From NCBI GenBank assembly GCA_963707915.1, contig OY970178.1, forward strand, positions 96,001 through 160,000: 64,000 nucleotides of DNA, written 5' to 3'. A program made the translations under genes and the position numbers. This stretch comes from Candidatus Eiseniibacteriota bacterium (GTDB lineage Bacteria; Eisenbacteria; RBG-16-71-46). Under the pieces are notes generated by a model that did not search any database, was not told where the DNA came from, and saw only the letters and a program-made list of their open reading frames with translations. Shown piece by piece: positions 20,174 through 29,319 of this stretch (its first letter is position 1; every line of letters begins with the position of its first letter).

Positions 20174-21044
20174 GGCGCGCGGCCTGCTGGAGCGGCGGCA
20201 CGAGCCGTGGGTGACGCTGCCGTCGCTGCTCTGGCTGGTCGTCCTGTTCGCGGTGCCGGCGGTGATCGTGTTCGCGATCGCGCTGCGCCCCACCGACCCC
20301 TACGGCGGGATCGGGGCGGGCTGGACGCTGCAGACCGTGCGCAGCCTCGGGAACCCCAGCTACCCGTCGATCCTGTGGCGCACCCTGTGGCTCTCCGCGC
20401 TCACCACCGCGATCTGCCTGCTGCTGGCCACGCCGGTGGCCTATGTCATGGCCCGCGCCCCGGCGCGCTGGCGCTACGGGTTGCTGCTCGCGGTGATCGT
20501 GCCGTTCTGGACCAGCTTCCTGGTGCGCATCTTCGCCTGGAAGGTCGTGCTCCATCCCGAGGGCGCGCTCAAGCACCTGCTGGTGGCGCTGCGTCTCCTG
20601 CCGGCGGACGCCTCGCTGCTCTACAACGCGGGGGCGGTGCTGCTGGTGCTGGTCTACACCGAGCTGCCGTTCGCCATCCTGCCGATCTACGCCGCGGCGG
20701 AGAAGTTCGACTTCCGCCTGCTCGAGGTCGCACGCGACCTTGGGGCCGGACCGCTGCGCACGTTCTGGAGCGTGTTCCTGCCCGGCATCCGGCGCGGCCT
20801 GCTCACCGCCATGCTGGTGACCCTGATCCCGGCGCTCGGCTCGTACGTGGTGCCCGACCTGGTCGGCGGTCCCACCAGCGAGATGCTCGGCAACAAGATC
20901 GCCCAGCGCACCTTCGTGGACCGCAACCTGCCGCACGCCAGCGCGCTCTCCGCGCTGCTGGCCTTCGCCGTGCTCATCCCCTCGATCGCCGCCATCGCCC
21001 TCGAGCGCGGCCGCCGCGTCCGTGGCAAGGAGGTGCAGGCGTGA
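20166..21044 (+). CDS. potB: Polyamine ABC permease
   Basis: VPFWTSFLVRIFAW, LPFAILPIY, EVARDLGA, YVVPDLVGG. Confidence 0.9.
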   Translation: MAEARGLLERRHEPWVTLPSLLWLVVLFAVPAVIVFAIALRPTDPYGGIGAGWTLQTVRSLGNPSYPSILWRTLWLSALTTAICLLLATPVAYVMARAPARWRYGLLLAVIVPFWTSFLVRIFAWKVVLHPEGALKHLLVALRLLPADASLLYNAGAVLLVLVYTELPFAILPIYAAAEKFDFRLLEVARDLGAGPLRTFWSVFLPGIRRGLLTAMLVTLIPALGSYVVPDLVGGPTSEMLGNKIAQRTFVDRNLPHASALSALLAFAVLIPSIAAIALERGRRVRGKEVQA

Positions 21045-21812
21045 AGCGCAGCCTCACGCCGGTGGTGGTCACCGCGCTGGTGCTGGCGTTCTTCTACCTG
21101 CCGGTCGCCGTGCTGGTGCTGAATTCCTTCAATGCCTCGCGGTTCGGCGGCGAGTGGGGCGGGTTCACGCTGGACTGGTACCGGCGGCTGTGGCGGGCGA
21201 GCGAGATCTGGCAGGCGCTGGGCAATACCGCTGCTCATCGCCACCGCGAGCACCGCGATCTCCACCGTGATCGGCACCACCGCCGCGTTCGCGCTCGACC
21301 GCTACCGCAGCCGCATGCAGGACGTCCACTACCTGCTGGTCTACGCGCCGCTGGTCGTCCCCGAGATCCTGATGGGCATGAGCCTGCTGCTGTTCTTCGT
21401 CGCGCTCCGCCTGCAGCTCGGCTATCTTACGATCGTCGTGTCGCACGTCACCTTCTGCGTCAGCTACGTGGCCATGGTGGTGCTCGGCCGGCTTCAGGAC
21501 TTCGACTGGGGCCTGGTCGAGGCCGCGCAGGACCTCGGCGCCGGGACCTGGACCGCGGTCCGGCGCGTGGTGCTGCCGCTGCTGGCGCCGGGGATCGCCT
21601 CCGGCGCGCTGCTGGCGTTCACGCTGTCGGTGGACGATTTCGTCATCACCTTCTTCGTGGCGGGCCCGGGCACGACCACGCTGCCGCTGCGCATCTACAG
21701 CATGATCAAGCACGGCTCGCCGCCGCTCATCAACGCGCTGTCCACGTTGCTGCTCGCTCTCACCGTCGCGACCGTCTGGCTGAGCCAGCGGTTGATCAAG
21801 GAGAGGACATGA
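21041..21812 (+). CDS. potC: Polyamine ABC permease; frameshift near 21228
   Basis: GTG 21041, FFYLPVAVL...GFTLDWY in one frame. PLVVPEI, EAAQDLGA, SVDDF, TTTLPL in another. Confidence 0.88.
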
Positions 21813-22849
21813 CTGGGAGATCCGCCTGGATGCTGGCCGCGCTCGCGGCACTCGGTCTCGCCGCGGGATGCGCCGGGCCGGATGCGAAGATCCTGCACGT
21901 CTACACCTGGGCCGACTACATCAAGCCGGAGGTGGTGCAGCGCTTCGAGCAGGCGAACGGCTGCAAGGTCGTCATCGACACCTTCGACTCGAACGAGGCC
22001 ATGTACGCCAAGCTCAAGGCCGGGGCCTCGGGCTACGACATCGTGACCCCCTCGAGCTACATGGTGGCGATCATGTCGCAGCAGGACATGCTGCTGAAGC
22101 TCGACCACCGGAAGCTGCCGAACCTGGTGAACGTGGACCCCGGGTACCTCAAGATCGCGCTCGACCCGCGGATGGACCACAGCGTGCCCTACATGCTCAC
22201 CAACAGCGGCTTCGCGTACCTGAAGAGCAAGGTGAAGGACGTGCAGCCGACCTGGGCCGTGTTCGACCGCGCCGACCTCAAGGGTCGCATGACCATGCTC
22301 AACGACATGCGCGAGACCATCGGCGCGGCGCTCAAGTTCCTGGGCTACAGCCTCAACACGACGAACGACCGGGAGCTGGAGCAGGCGCGCGACGTGGTCA
22401 TCCGCTGGAAGAAGAACCTCGCCAAGTTCGAGAACGAGCAGTACAAGAGCGGCATCGCTTCGGGCGAGTTCCTCCTGGTCCACGGCTACAGCGGCGACCT
22501 GGTGCAGGCCCAGAACGAGAACCCCGACGTGACCTTCCTGGCGCCGCGCGAGGGGCTGTCCATCGCCTGCGACGACCTGGTCATCCTGAGGGACTCGAAG
22601 GCGGCGGGACTGGCGCACAAGTTCATCGACTTCCTGCACGATCCCAAGGTGGCGGCGGAGAACAGCGTCTTCATCAGCTACCTGTGCCCGAACGCGCCCG
22701 CCTACCCGTTCCTGCCCGAGGCGTTCCGGAACAACCCCGCGGTGAAGCTCGACCCCGCGGTGCAGGCGAAGTGCGAAGTGATCCGCGACCTGGGTCCCGA
22801 CAACGCGAAGTACACGCGCGCCTGGGACCAGATCAAGGCAGCGCCATGA
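21809..22849 (+). CDS. potD: Polyamine ABC substrate-binding lipoprotein
   Basis: Lipobox LAAGC, YTWADYI, FDSNEAMYAKL, YDIVTPSSYM, DMRE. Confidence 0.92.
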   Translation: MTGRSAWMLAALAALGLAAGCAGPDAKILHVYTWADYIKPEVVQRFEQANGCKVVIDTFDSNEAMYAKLKAGASGYDIVTPSSYMVAIMSQQDMLLKLDHRKLPNLVNVDPGYLKIALDPRMDHSVPYMLTNSGFAYLKSKVKDVQPTWAVFDRADLKGRMTMLNDMRETIGAALKFLGYSLNTTNDRELEQARDVVIRWKKNLAKFENEQYKSGIASGEFLLVHGYSGDLVQAQNENPDVTFLAPREGLSIACDDLVILRDSKAAGLAHKFIDFLHDPKVAAENSVFISYLCPNAPAYPFLPEAFRNNPAVKLDPAVQAKCEVIRDLGPDNAKYTRAWDQIKAAP

Positions 22850-22860
22850 CGGAGGTGACG

Positions 22861-24279
22861 ATGCAGACGAGGGGGAGCGGGGTTGCCCGGGCGTTCGCCG
22901 GGCTGTGGCTGGGCTGCGCGCTGCTGGCGTGGTCGCCCGGGGCGGCACGGGCCGCGGACGAGGCCGCGGCGGAACCGGCCGGCGCGGTGCCGGATGGGTT
23001 CTCGTTCGGCGCCGAGGCGACCACGTCGTACCACTACGTGAACCACCCGTACTTCGGCGCGGACTGGGGCATCGAGGTCCCCGTCGGCAAGGCGCCGGCG
23101 AACTTCTCCTGGGGCGAAGGCTTCACCCGCATTCGGGTGAACTACGGCCTGCCGCAGGGCCTGTGGACGAGCGTCGGCGGCGTGCTGTCGGCCACGGCCT
23201 CGACCGACTACTACGGCGTGGACGGCGTCGGCGACGGGATGCTCGACCAGTTGCTGGTGGGGGCGTCGCGCATCGGCGGGACCGGGCTGAGCGTGGTGGC
23301 CGGCCGGCAGGACCTGCAGGTGGGCGACGGCTTCCTGATCGGCGACGGCTACCGCGACAGCCGGGCCGCGCTGTGGAACATCCCGCTCAACTTCTACGAC
23401 GGGGTGCGCGCCGACTGGACGCAGGGCCCGTGGCACGCCCTCGCCTTCGGGACGCAGTTGTCGCCTTCGTTCAGCGAAGCGGTGACCGTCATGCCGGTGG
23501 ACGCGGAGGGGGCCCCGGACCCGGAGGGCGCGGAAGTCACGCTCACGCTGCGCCCCAAGGGCAACCTGTACGGCGGCGAAGTCGGCTGGAGCGCGGGGGA
23601 GGACCGCGCGCTCGCGCTCGGCTACTTCCAGCGCGTGGACGACGGGACCACGGACCTGGATCCGCGGGCGATCTCGTTGCGCGGGTCGTGGGGTGCGGGC
23701 GGCCTCACCCTGGCGGGCGAGCTGGTCGGCGAATCGGGAACGCTCGGAACCGTGGACCTCAAGGGCCGTGGCGGCCACCTCGGCCTGACGTACGCACCCG
23801 CGGGGAAGGGGGACCCGTACTCCCAGCTCGAGTACTTCTACTTCTCGGGCGACGATCCCGCCACCCCCGCGAACGAGGGGTTCTACCCCTGGAACTACCG
23901 CTGGACCGACTGGTCGCGCTACTACGTATCGGACCTCATGGCCTCGACGCTGGTCTTCAACAACGATGCCCGGATCTGGAAGCTCGAGTTCGGCTATACG
24001 CCGCTCGAGAACACCGGCCTGAGGCTGCTGCTCCACCGCATCGGCCTCGACACCGGTTCCAGCTTCGGCGGGCTGCCGGAGGGAGTGGGCCACGCGTTCT
24101 CCGACGAGGCCTGCCTGGTCGTGGACCAGGCCCTGGGCGGGGGATGGAGCGCGTGGGTGATGGGCGGCTACGCGCGTCCGCTCGAGGCCGCGAAGGCGCT
24201 GGTGGGCGAGGCGCCGTCCGGCCAGCTGTTCGTGAGCCTCACCTACAAGTTCGACAGCGCCGGCGGCTCGGAAGACTGA
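22861..24279 (+). CDS. Outer-membrane beta-barrel, alginate-export (AlgE)-like (alternative start 22846)
   Basis: Signal peptide, AGRQDLQVGDGFLIGDG, YDGVR, YFSGDDPAT, amphipathic C-terminal LTYKF. Translationally coupled to potD. Confidence 0.65.
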   Translation: MQTRGSGVARAFAGLWLGCALLAWSPGAARAADEAAAEPAGAVPDGFSFGAEATTSYHYVNHPYFGADWGIEVPVGKAPANFSWGEGFTRIRVNYGLPQGLWTSVGGVLSATASTDYYGVDGVGDGMLDQLLVGASRIGGTGLSVVAGRQDLQVGDGFLIGDGYRDSRAALWNIPLNFYDGVRADWTQGPWHALAFGTQLSPSFSEAVTVMPVDAEGAPDPEGAEVTLTLRPKGNLYGGEVGWSAGEDRALALGYFQRVDDGTTDLDPRAISLRGSWGAGGLTLAGELVGESGTLGTVDLKGRGGHLGLTYAPAGKGDPYSQLEYFYFSGDDPATPANEGFYPWNYRWTDWSRYYVSDLMASTLVFNNDARIWKLEFGYTPLENTGLRLLLHRIGLDTGSSFGGLPEGVGHAFSDEACLVVDQALGGGWSAWVMGGYARPLEAAKALVGEAPSGQLFVSLTYKFDSAGGSED

Positions 24280-24352
24280 CGCCGGCGTGCGTGGGCGGGC
24301 GGCCGCGGCGGCAGCCGGGGCCGCCCGCCGTCCTTGCGGCCGCGCGCGCGTG

Positions 24353-25201
24353 TCACCCCAGCCCCGTCCCCAGCCCGCCCCGCAGCGCGAGCCCGAGGGA
24401 CAGCGCCAGCGCCAGGGCGCACAGCACTCCCAGTGCCCGGAGCGCGAGCGCGGGGCGCGGACCGCCGAGCCGCCCGCTCAGCGGGACCACGGCGCCGATG
24501 AGCGCGCCGCTGGCGAGCCCCACGGCGTGGGCGACGTTGTCGGTCCCGAGCCGCGTGAAGCCCGACACCATGCCCTGCCCGAGCAGGAAGAGCAGCGCCG
24601 CGCCCAGCGCCCGGGCGCGCCCCGGGGCGAGCCGGTGTCGCAGGCGGAACGCGCCGGCCAGCAGGGCGCCCCCGAGGGCGAAGATCGCGCCCGAGGCTCC
24701 GACGCTCAGGTTGAGCGCCGATCCGTGCTGCGAGGTCCGCCACAGCAGGCTGCCCAGCGAAGCGGTGCCGCCGCCGAGCGCGAACACGATCCAGAAGGCC
24801 CAGCGCGTGAAGATGCGCTCGACCGCCGGTCCGAAGATCATCATGCTGGTGGCGTTGAAGAAGACGTGCGCGGCCCCCGCGTGAACGAAGGTCGAGGCCA
24901 GCAGGCGCCACGCGGTGTCGAGCGGGGCGAGCCCGGTGGCGTTCGCGCCCCAGAGCAGGTAGGCGGCCGGGTCGCCGATCTCGTTCCTCGCCGCCAGCAC
25001 GGCGAAGATCGAGGTCCACGCGAGCAGATGCAGCGCCGTGCCCCAGGGCGGCACGCCGCCCACGGCCGACCACAGCTCGACCGGCGGAGGTTCGTCGGGA
25101 TCGGGGGGCAGGAAGCCCGCGTCCTCGAGCCCCATGGATGCGGACTCGTCGGGATCGAAGGTGCTCGCGGGGCCGGTGACGTCGCGGCGGTCGTTCTCCA
25201 C
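24353..25201 (-). CDS. Rhomboid intramembrane serine protease
   Basis: WRLLASTFVH, HVFFN, catalytic GASG and AHAVG. Start codon uncertain. Confidence 0.88.
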   Translation of the reverse strand: MENDRRDVTGPASTFDPDESASMGLEDAGFLPPDPDEPPPVELWSAVGGVPPWGTALHLLAWTSIFAVLAARNEIGDPAAYLLWGANATGLAPLDTAWRLLASTFVHAGAAHVFFNATSMMIFGPAVERIFTRWAFWIVFALGGGTASLGSLLWRTSQHGSALNLSVGASGAIFALGGALLAGAFRLRHRLAPGRARALGAALLFLLGQGMVSGFTRLGTDNVAHAVGLASGALIGAVVPLSGRLGGPRPALALRALGVLCALALALSLGLALRGGLGTGLG

Positions 25202-25391
25202 GCATCGCACTCTGCGCCCGGCCCGCGGGGTCGGGCAAGCCGGGCTCAGCCGGGCCGGTGTCGTCGCCCTGGAGCGCGAACTGCCGCAGGGCGTGTTCGA
25301 CCGGGCCCGCGTCGCCGTACGGTGTTGGCCTTTGAAGCCGTTGTGCGGCTTGATGTTGTAGTCTCCGCGGTCCCGCGACCGAGGACCCCGG

Positions 25392-25420
25392 TTGCCTTCC
25401 CGCCGCGGATGCCTCATAGT
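25392..25420 (+). promoter_or_regulatory. Putative promoter for the csp gene (implies a ~180-nt 5' UTR)
   Basis: TTGCCT, 17 nt, CATAGT. Confidence 0.45.
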
Positions 25421-25605
25421 CTCCGCGTCTTCGGTTGATTGGGATGTGGGTACGACGTTTCGATTCCGCCAGGGACACCAACCCTGGCGTTTCTGTTCAC
25501 CCGCATCTCGTCAGCAGAAGTACCGGTCACTGTGACCGGCCGTCGCCGCCACGTGAATGGGCGGCAAAGAACAGGGTCCTCGGACCCGGCATCAAGGAGT
25601 TTCAA

Positions 25606-25806
25606 GTGGCTCGTGGCACCGTGAAGTGGTTCAACGAAGCGAAGGGGTTCGGTTTCATCTCCCAGGAGGGTGGCGAGGACGTGTTCGTCCACTTCTCGGC
25701 GATCAGCGGCGACGGCTTCAAGACGCTGGCTGAGGGCGAGGCGCTCGAGTTCGATGTCACGCGTGGCCCGAAGGGCCTCCAGGCGGCGAACGTCCGCAAG
25801 GTGTAA
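25606..25806 (+). CDS. cspA: Cold-shock protein
   Basis: AAGGAG then [35 protein letters not shown]. Confidence 0.97.
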   Translation: MARGTVKWFNEAKGFGFISQEGGEDVFVHFSAISGDGFKTLAEGEALEFDVTRGPKGLQAANVRKV

Positions 25807-25834
25807 CCCGCTCCGGGTACCACTTCACGCCATC

Positions 25835-25862
25835 GAGGCGGCGTCCCCCCGGACGCCGCCTC
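25835..25862. terminator. Hairpin between convergent genes
   Basis: GAGGCGGCGTCC-cccc-GGACGCCGCCTC. Confidence 0.45.
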
Positions 25863-25885
25863 AGGCGTATCCCGGCCCGAGGCCC

Positions 25886-27034
25886 TCAGCGCCCCAGCAG
25901 CGTGAGCAGGATCTCGAAGCCGATGAGCAGGACGATGACGATCTCCAGCATCTCGGCGCGCCGCGCCTGCGACTCGGCGTTCAGCATGCCGTAGCTGTCG
26001 CGCAGGATCGCGAGCTTGCGGTCGATGCCGCGCCGCCAGGTGCCCCCGCGGAAGATCTCGAGCGCGGCGGCATAGATGCGCGCCAGGAAGACGTCGTCCG
26101 TCACCTTGAGCGAGTTCTCGACCCGCTCGACCAGTTCCGTGGCGTCGGCGACCCGCGTCTGCAGGTCCGCCAGCACCCGGCTGAAGCCGCGCGCGAGCAG
26201 GTGGATGCCGCGCCGGGCGTCGGCGACCCGGGTGTAGATCTTCGGGATCTCGGCATCGAGCAGCGCGTCGTCGAACCGCAACTCGAGCAGCTGCGCGTTG
26301 GCGAACTCGAGGACGTACTGGACGTCGGTGTCCTCGGTGGCCGGCTCCACCACCAGCGCGGCGTTCCAGGTGAGCACCGCGAGGTCGTCCTCGAAGTACG
26401 AGAAGCGCTGCGACATCAGCTCGCGATGCGTCGCCGCAGAGAGCGGCCGCGATTCGCCCACCAGCAGCCGCGCGATGTCCTCGTCGCGCAGGGCGTCCGC
26501 CGGAAGCCGCGCGCCCGCGCCGTCCTCGAGGCGGTTCACGCGGAAGACGATGTAGTCCTCGGTCACCGGCGCCTCGCCCGGCCGCTCGATGGCCGGAGCG
26601 ATGCGCGCGATCAGGCGCTCGCGCACCCGGGCGAAGGCCTCCGCCCAGCCGGGGGCGGTGCTCACGGCCGCGCCGAAGGCGGCGAACTCGCTCCAGGCCA
26701 GGTCCGGCCGGGCCGCGAGCCGCGCCCGCAGGGAGACGACGCCGAAGTCGAAGAGGCGCGCCGAGAACTCGACCTCGCGCGCTTCGTCACCGACGACGAC
26801 CGTCTCGGCGCCGAGGCTCACCGTGACCGGCGGGTTCGGGATCTGGATGGTGTGGGCCTCGCCGCGCACCGGGCGTGGTCGCTCGGGGGCGCTCGAGGCC
26901 AGCAGGCCCACGAGCCGGTCGAGCCGGATCTCGTAGCCGACGTCGTAGAGGCGGTAGACGATGGCCTCGCCGTGCACGCGGGGCTCGGGGGCCGTGGCCG
27001 GCCGGGCGGGGGTTTCCATGGTGGGAAGCGGCAT
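25886..27034 (-). CDS. Conserved hypothetical protein (DUF155/RMD1-like) with a C-terminal TM helix
   Basis: YDVGYEI, FDFGVVSLR, LEFANAQLLELR, LEIVIVLLIGFE. Start uncertain. Confidence 0.6.
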   Translation of the reverse strand: MPLPTMETPARPATAPEPRVHGEAIVYRLYDVGYEIRLDRLVGLLASSAPERPRPVRGEAHTIQIPNPPVTVSLGAETVVVGDEAREVEFSARLFDFGVVSLRARLAARPDLAWSEFAAFGAAVSTAPGWAEAFARVRERLIARIAPAIERPGEAPVTEDYIVFRVNRLEDGAGARLPADALRDEDIARLLVGESRPLSAATHRELMSQRFSYFEDDLAVLTWNAALVVEPATEDTDVQYVLEFANAQLLELRFDDALLDAEIPKIYTRVADARRGIHLLARGFSRVLADLQTRVADATELVERVENSLKVTDDVFLARIYAAALEIFRGGTWRRGIDRKLAILRDSYGMLNAESQARRAEMLEIVIVLLIGFEILLTLLGR

Positions 27035-27193
27035 GGGGACAGGATACGCCAGGGGAACGCCTGCCGTCGTCCGGGGAATCCGGGCGGTCCGGCAGGGGCT
27101 CACGGCGCCTTCGCCGTGCTAGTCTGACCGTCGCCTTCGGCGCCGATTCCGGCAGCCAGTGGACGTCGCGGACCAGGAGCCAACCAGGAGCCG

Positions 27194-28351
27194 ATGATGA
27201 GCGAGCGACTGAGCGCAGCCGATTTGATCGCATTGATCCGACGTGTGTTCAGCCCCACCGCAGACGACGGGCGCCTCGGCATCCTCGTCGACCTGCCCGA
27301 CGAGCGCGTCGCCGACCGCCCGAAGTGGAAGGAGCGGCGACGCATGGCCGCCGACTGGGCGGGCCAGTTGCAGCAGCACCGCGACCGGCTCGGGCTCGAC
27401 GTGAGCCTCGTGCTCTACCGCAACGTGGGGATGGGCAACGCGGACCTGCCGGCGCAGGTGTGGATCGGCTCGCCGCAGGCTCTGCCCGACTCTGCGGATG
27501 CGCTCGATCCCGTCGCGGCCGTGCCCCTGGAGCAGGTGCTCGGCAGCCACTCGCTGCTGCTCGCCCCGACCGAGTTCTCGGCGACCGCGCCGCTCAAGCT
27601 GATGGCGAAGAAGCACCGGTTCCGCGCGGCGACGATGCCCGGGTTCACGGCCGAGATGATCCCGGCGCTGCGGCTGGACTACGGCGAGATCCGGCGCCGC
27701 GTGGCGATCATGAAGACGCTGCTCGACCAGGCGACCCGGGCGACGATCGCCTTCGAAGTGGACGGCCGGGTCGCCCACACGCTGGCGCTCGACCTGCGTC
27801 ACCGCCAGGCGCACGCCTCGGACGGCATCCTCGAGACGCCGGGCACCGCGGGGAACCTGCCGTCGGGGGAGGCCTACATCGTCCCGTACGAGGGGGAGCA
27901 GCCGGGCGTGCCCAGTGAATCGGCGGGGCGCCTGCCGGTGCAGTTCGGCGGGGACGTGGTGGTCTTCGAGATCGAGGCGAACCAGGCCGTGCGCGTGACC
28001 GGCGAGGGCAGGGCCGTCGCGGAGCAGGCGGCGTGGCTCGCGGCCGAGCCGGCCTACGGCAACATGGCGGAGCTGGGGCTTGGGGTGCTGGCCGATCTCG
28101 GGGTCCAGCCCACGGGCGAGATCCTGCTCGACGAGAAGCTGGGCTTGCACATCGCCTTCGGCCGCAGCGACCACTTCGGCGGCCAGGTGGGCGCGGCACG
28201 GTTCTCGAAGCCCGAGGCGGTGGTCCACATCGACCGGATCTACCTGCCGAGCCTGCAGCCGCGGGTCAACGCGAAGCGGGTGGAGCTGACCGATGCCGAA
28301 GGCAGGACGACGGTGATCATGCGGGATGGCGTGTACGTGGGAGTGTTCTAG
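27194..28351 (+). CDS. M29 / aminopeptidase T-like metallopeptidase
   Basis: ATMPG, GNLPSGEAY, AELGLG, LDEKLGLHIAFG, HID. Confidence 0.75.
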   Translation: MMSERLSAADLIALIRRVFSPTADDGRLGILVDLPDERVADRPKWKERRRMAADWAGQLQQHRDRLGLDVSLVLYRNVGMGNADLPAQVWIGSPQALPDSADALDPVAAVPLEQVLGSHSLLLAPTEFSATAPLKLMAKKHRFRAATMPGFTAEMIPALRLDYGEIRRRVAIMKTLLDQATRATIAFEVDGRVAHTLALDLRHRQAHASDGILETPGTAGNLPSGEAYIVPYEGEQPGVPSESAGRLPVQFGGDVVVFEIEANQAVRVTGEGRAVAEQAAWLAAEPAYGNMAELGLGVLADLGVQPTGEILLDEKLGLHIAFGRSDHFGGQVGAARFSKPEAVVHIDRIYLPSLQPRVNAKRVELTDAEGRTTVIMRDGVYVGVF

Positions 28352-28439
28352 CGCGGGCCGGCGATCGCGGGAGGCGCGTCGCGGGGACGGCTCCGGGCCG
28401 AGGCACCATGCGCTCGGCCCGGGACCGTCCCTGCGACGC

Positions 28440-29027
28440 TCAACCGGGCTCGGTGGACCGTCCGGGATCGAGGTCCTCGGGGCCGTTCACGTTCCGGAAG
28501 ACGGGCTCGTCCTCCGCCGGGCATCGCCACTCCTCCAGCAGGCCGGCCTCGATACCGCGGCGGACGAACTCGGTCATGGCGGCCTGCCGCGCGCGCAGCA
28601 TGGCCGTGGCAATCGGCAGCATCGTACGCGGGTAGAAGGCGGCGAGCGGTTCGAGGCCGAGGCGGGTGCGCGGCACCACTCCGCCGCCCGCCGGACAGCG
28701 AGCCGCCAACTCGCGCAGGAACCGCGCCGTCATGTCCGGGAGGTCCACGGCCAGCACGAGCAGGAGCGGGCTGCGCGATTCGCCCAGCCCGCGCTCGACG
28801 CCGGCCAGCGGGCCGAGGTCCGCGAAGCGATCCAGGAGCACGGGCAGCCCGTGCGCGCCATGCTTCGTCCGGTCGCGGCCGGAGACGAGGATCTCGGCCG
28901 GCGCCAGCTCGCGGACGAGCTGCACCTGTCGCGCCAGCAGGGTCGTACCGCGGCAGGGGAGGAGCGCCTTGTCCTGCCCCATCCGGCGGGATCGCCCGCC
29001 CGCCAGGATGACCGCGCTGAATCGCAT
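28440..29027 (-). CDS. mobA: Molybdenum cofactor guanylyltransferase
   Basis: ILAGGRSRRMGQDK, GPLAG, LAVDLP, EPLAAFY, NVN. Divergent from a DMSO-reductase-family operon. Confidence 0.92.
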   Translation of the reverse strand: MRFSAVILAGGRSRRMGQDKALLPCRGTTLLARQVQLVRELAPAEILVSGRDRTKHGAHGLPVLLDRFADLGPLAGVERGLGESRSPLLLVLAVDLPDMTARFLRELAARCPAGGGVVPRTRLGLEPLAAFYPRTMLPIATAMLRARQAAMTEFVRRGIEAGLLEEWRCPAEDEPVFRNVNGPEDLDPGRSTEPG

Positions 29028-29319
29028 GGGACCGCCCCCGATCGCTCCGGCCACTCGCCGTCGCTTCGCGTTCCGGCGGCCTCCGCAGGGTAGAGGCTGG
29101 CCGGCCCGACCGCCACTTTCGACCCGGAGCCGCGCGGGCGGAGCAAGGAGCGATGCGTCGAGACGCGCGAATCCTTCGGCCGGGTCCCGCGCTCTCACCG
29201 TCGAGCCGTCCCTTTGGCGCAGTCCCGCCGGGATGGCGCGTGCGACGGCTTGTGATTCCGCCATCCGGCTGCTAATCATCGTGCCGTCTCAGAGCCGTTC
29301 CGCCATCAGGGAGTGCATC

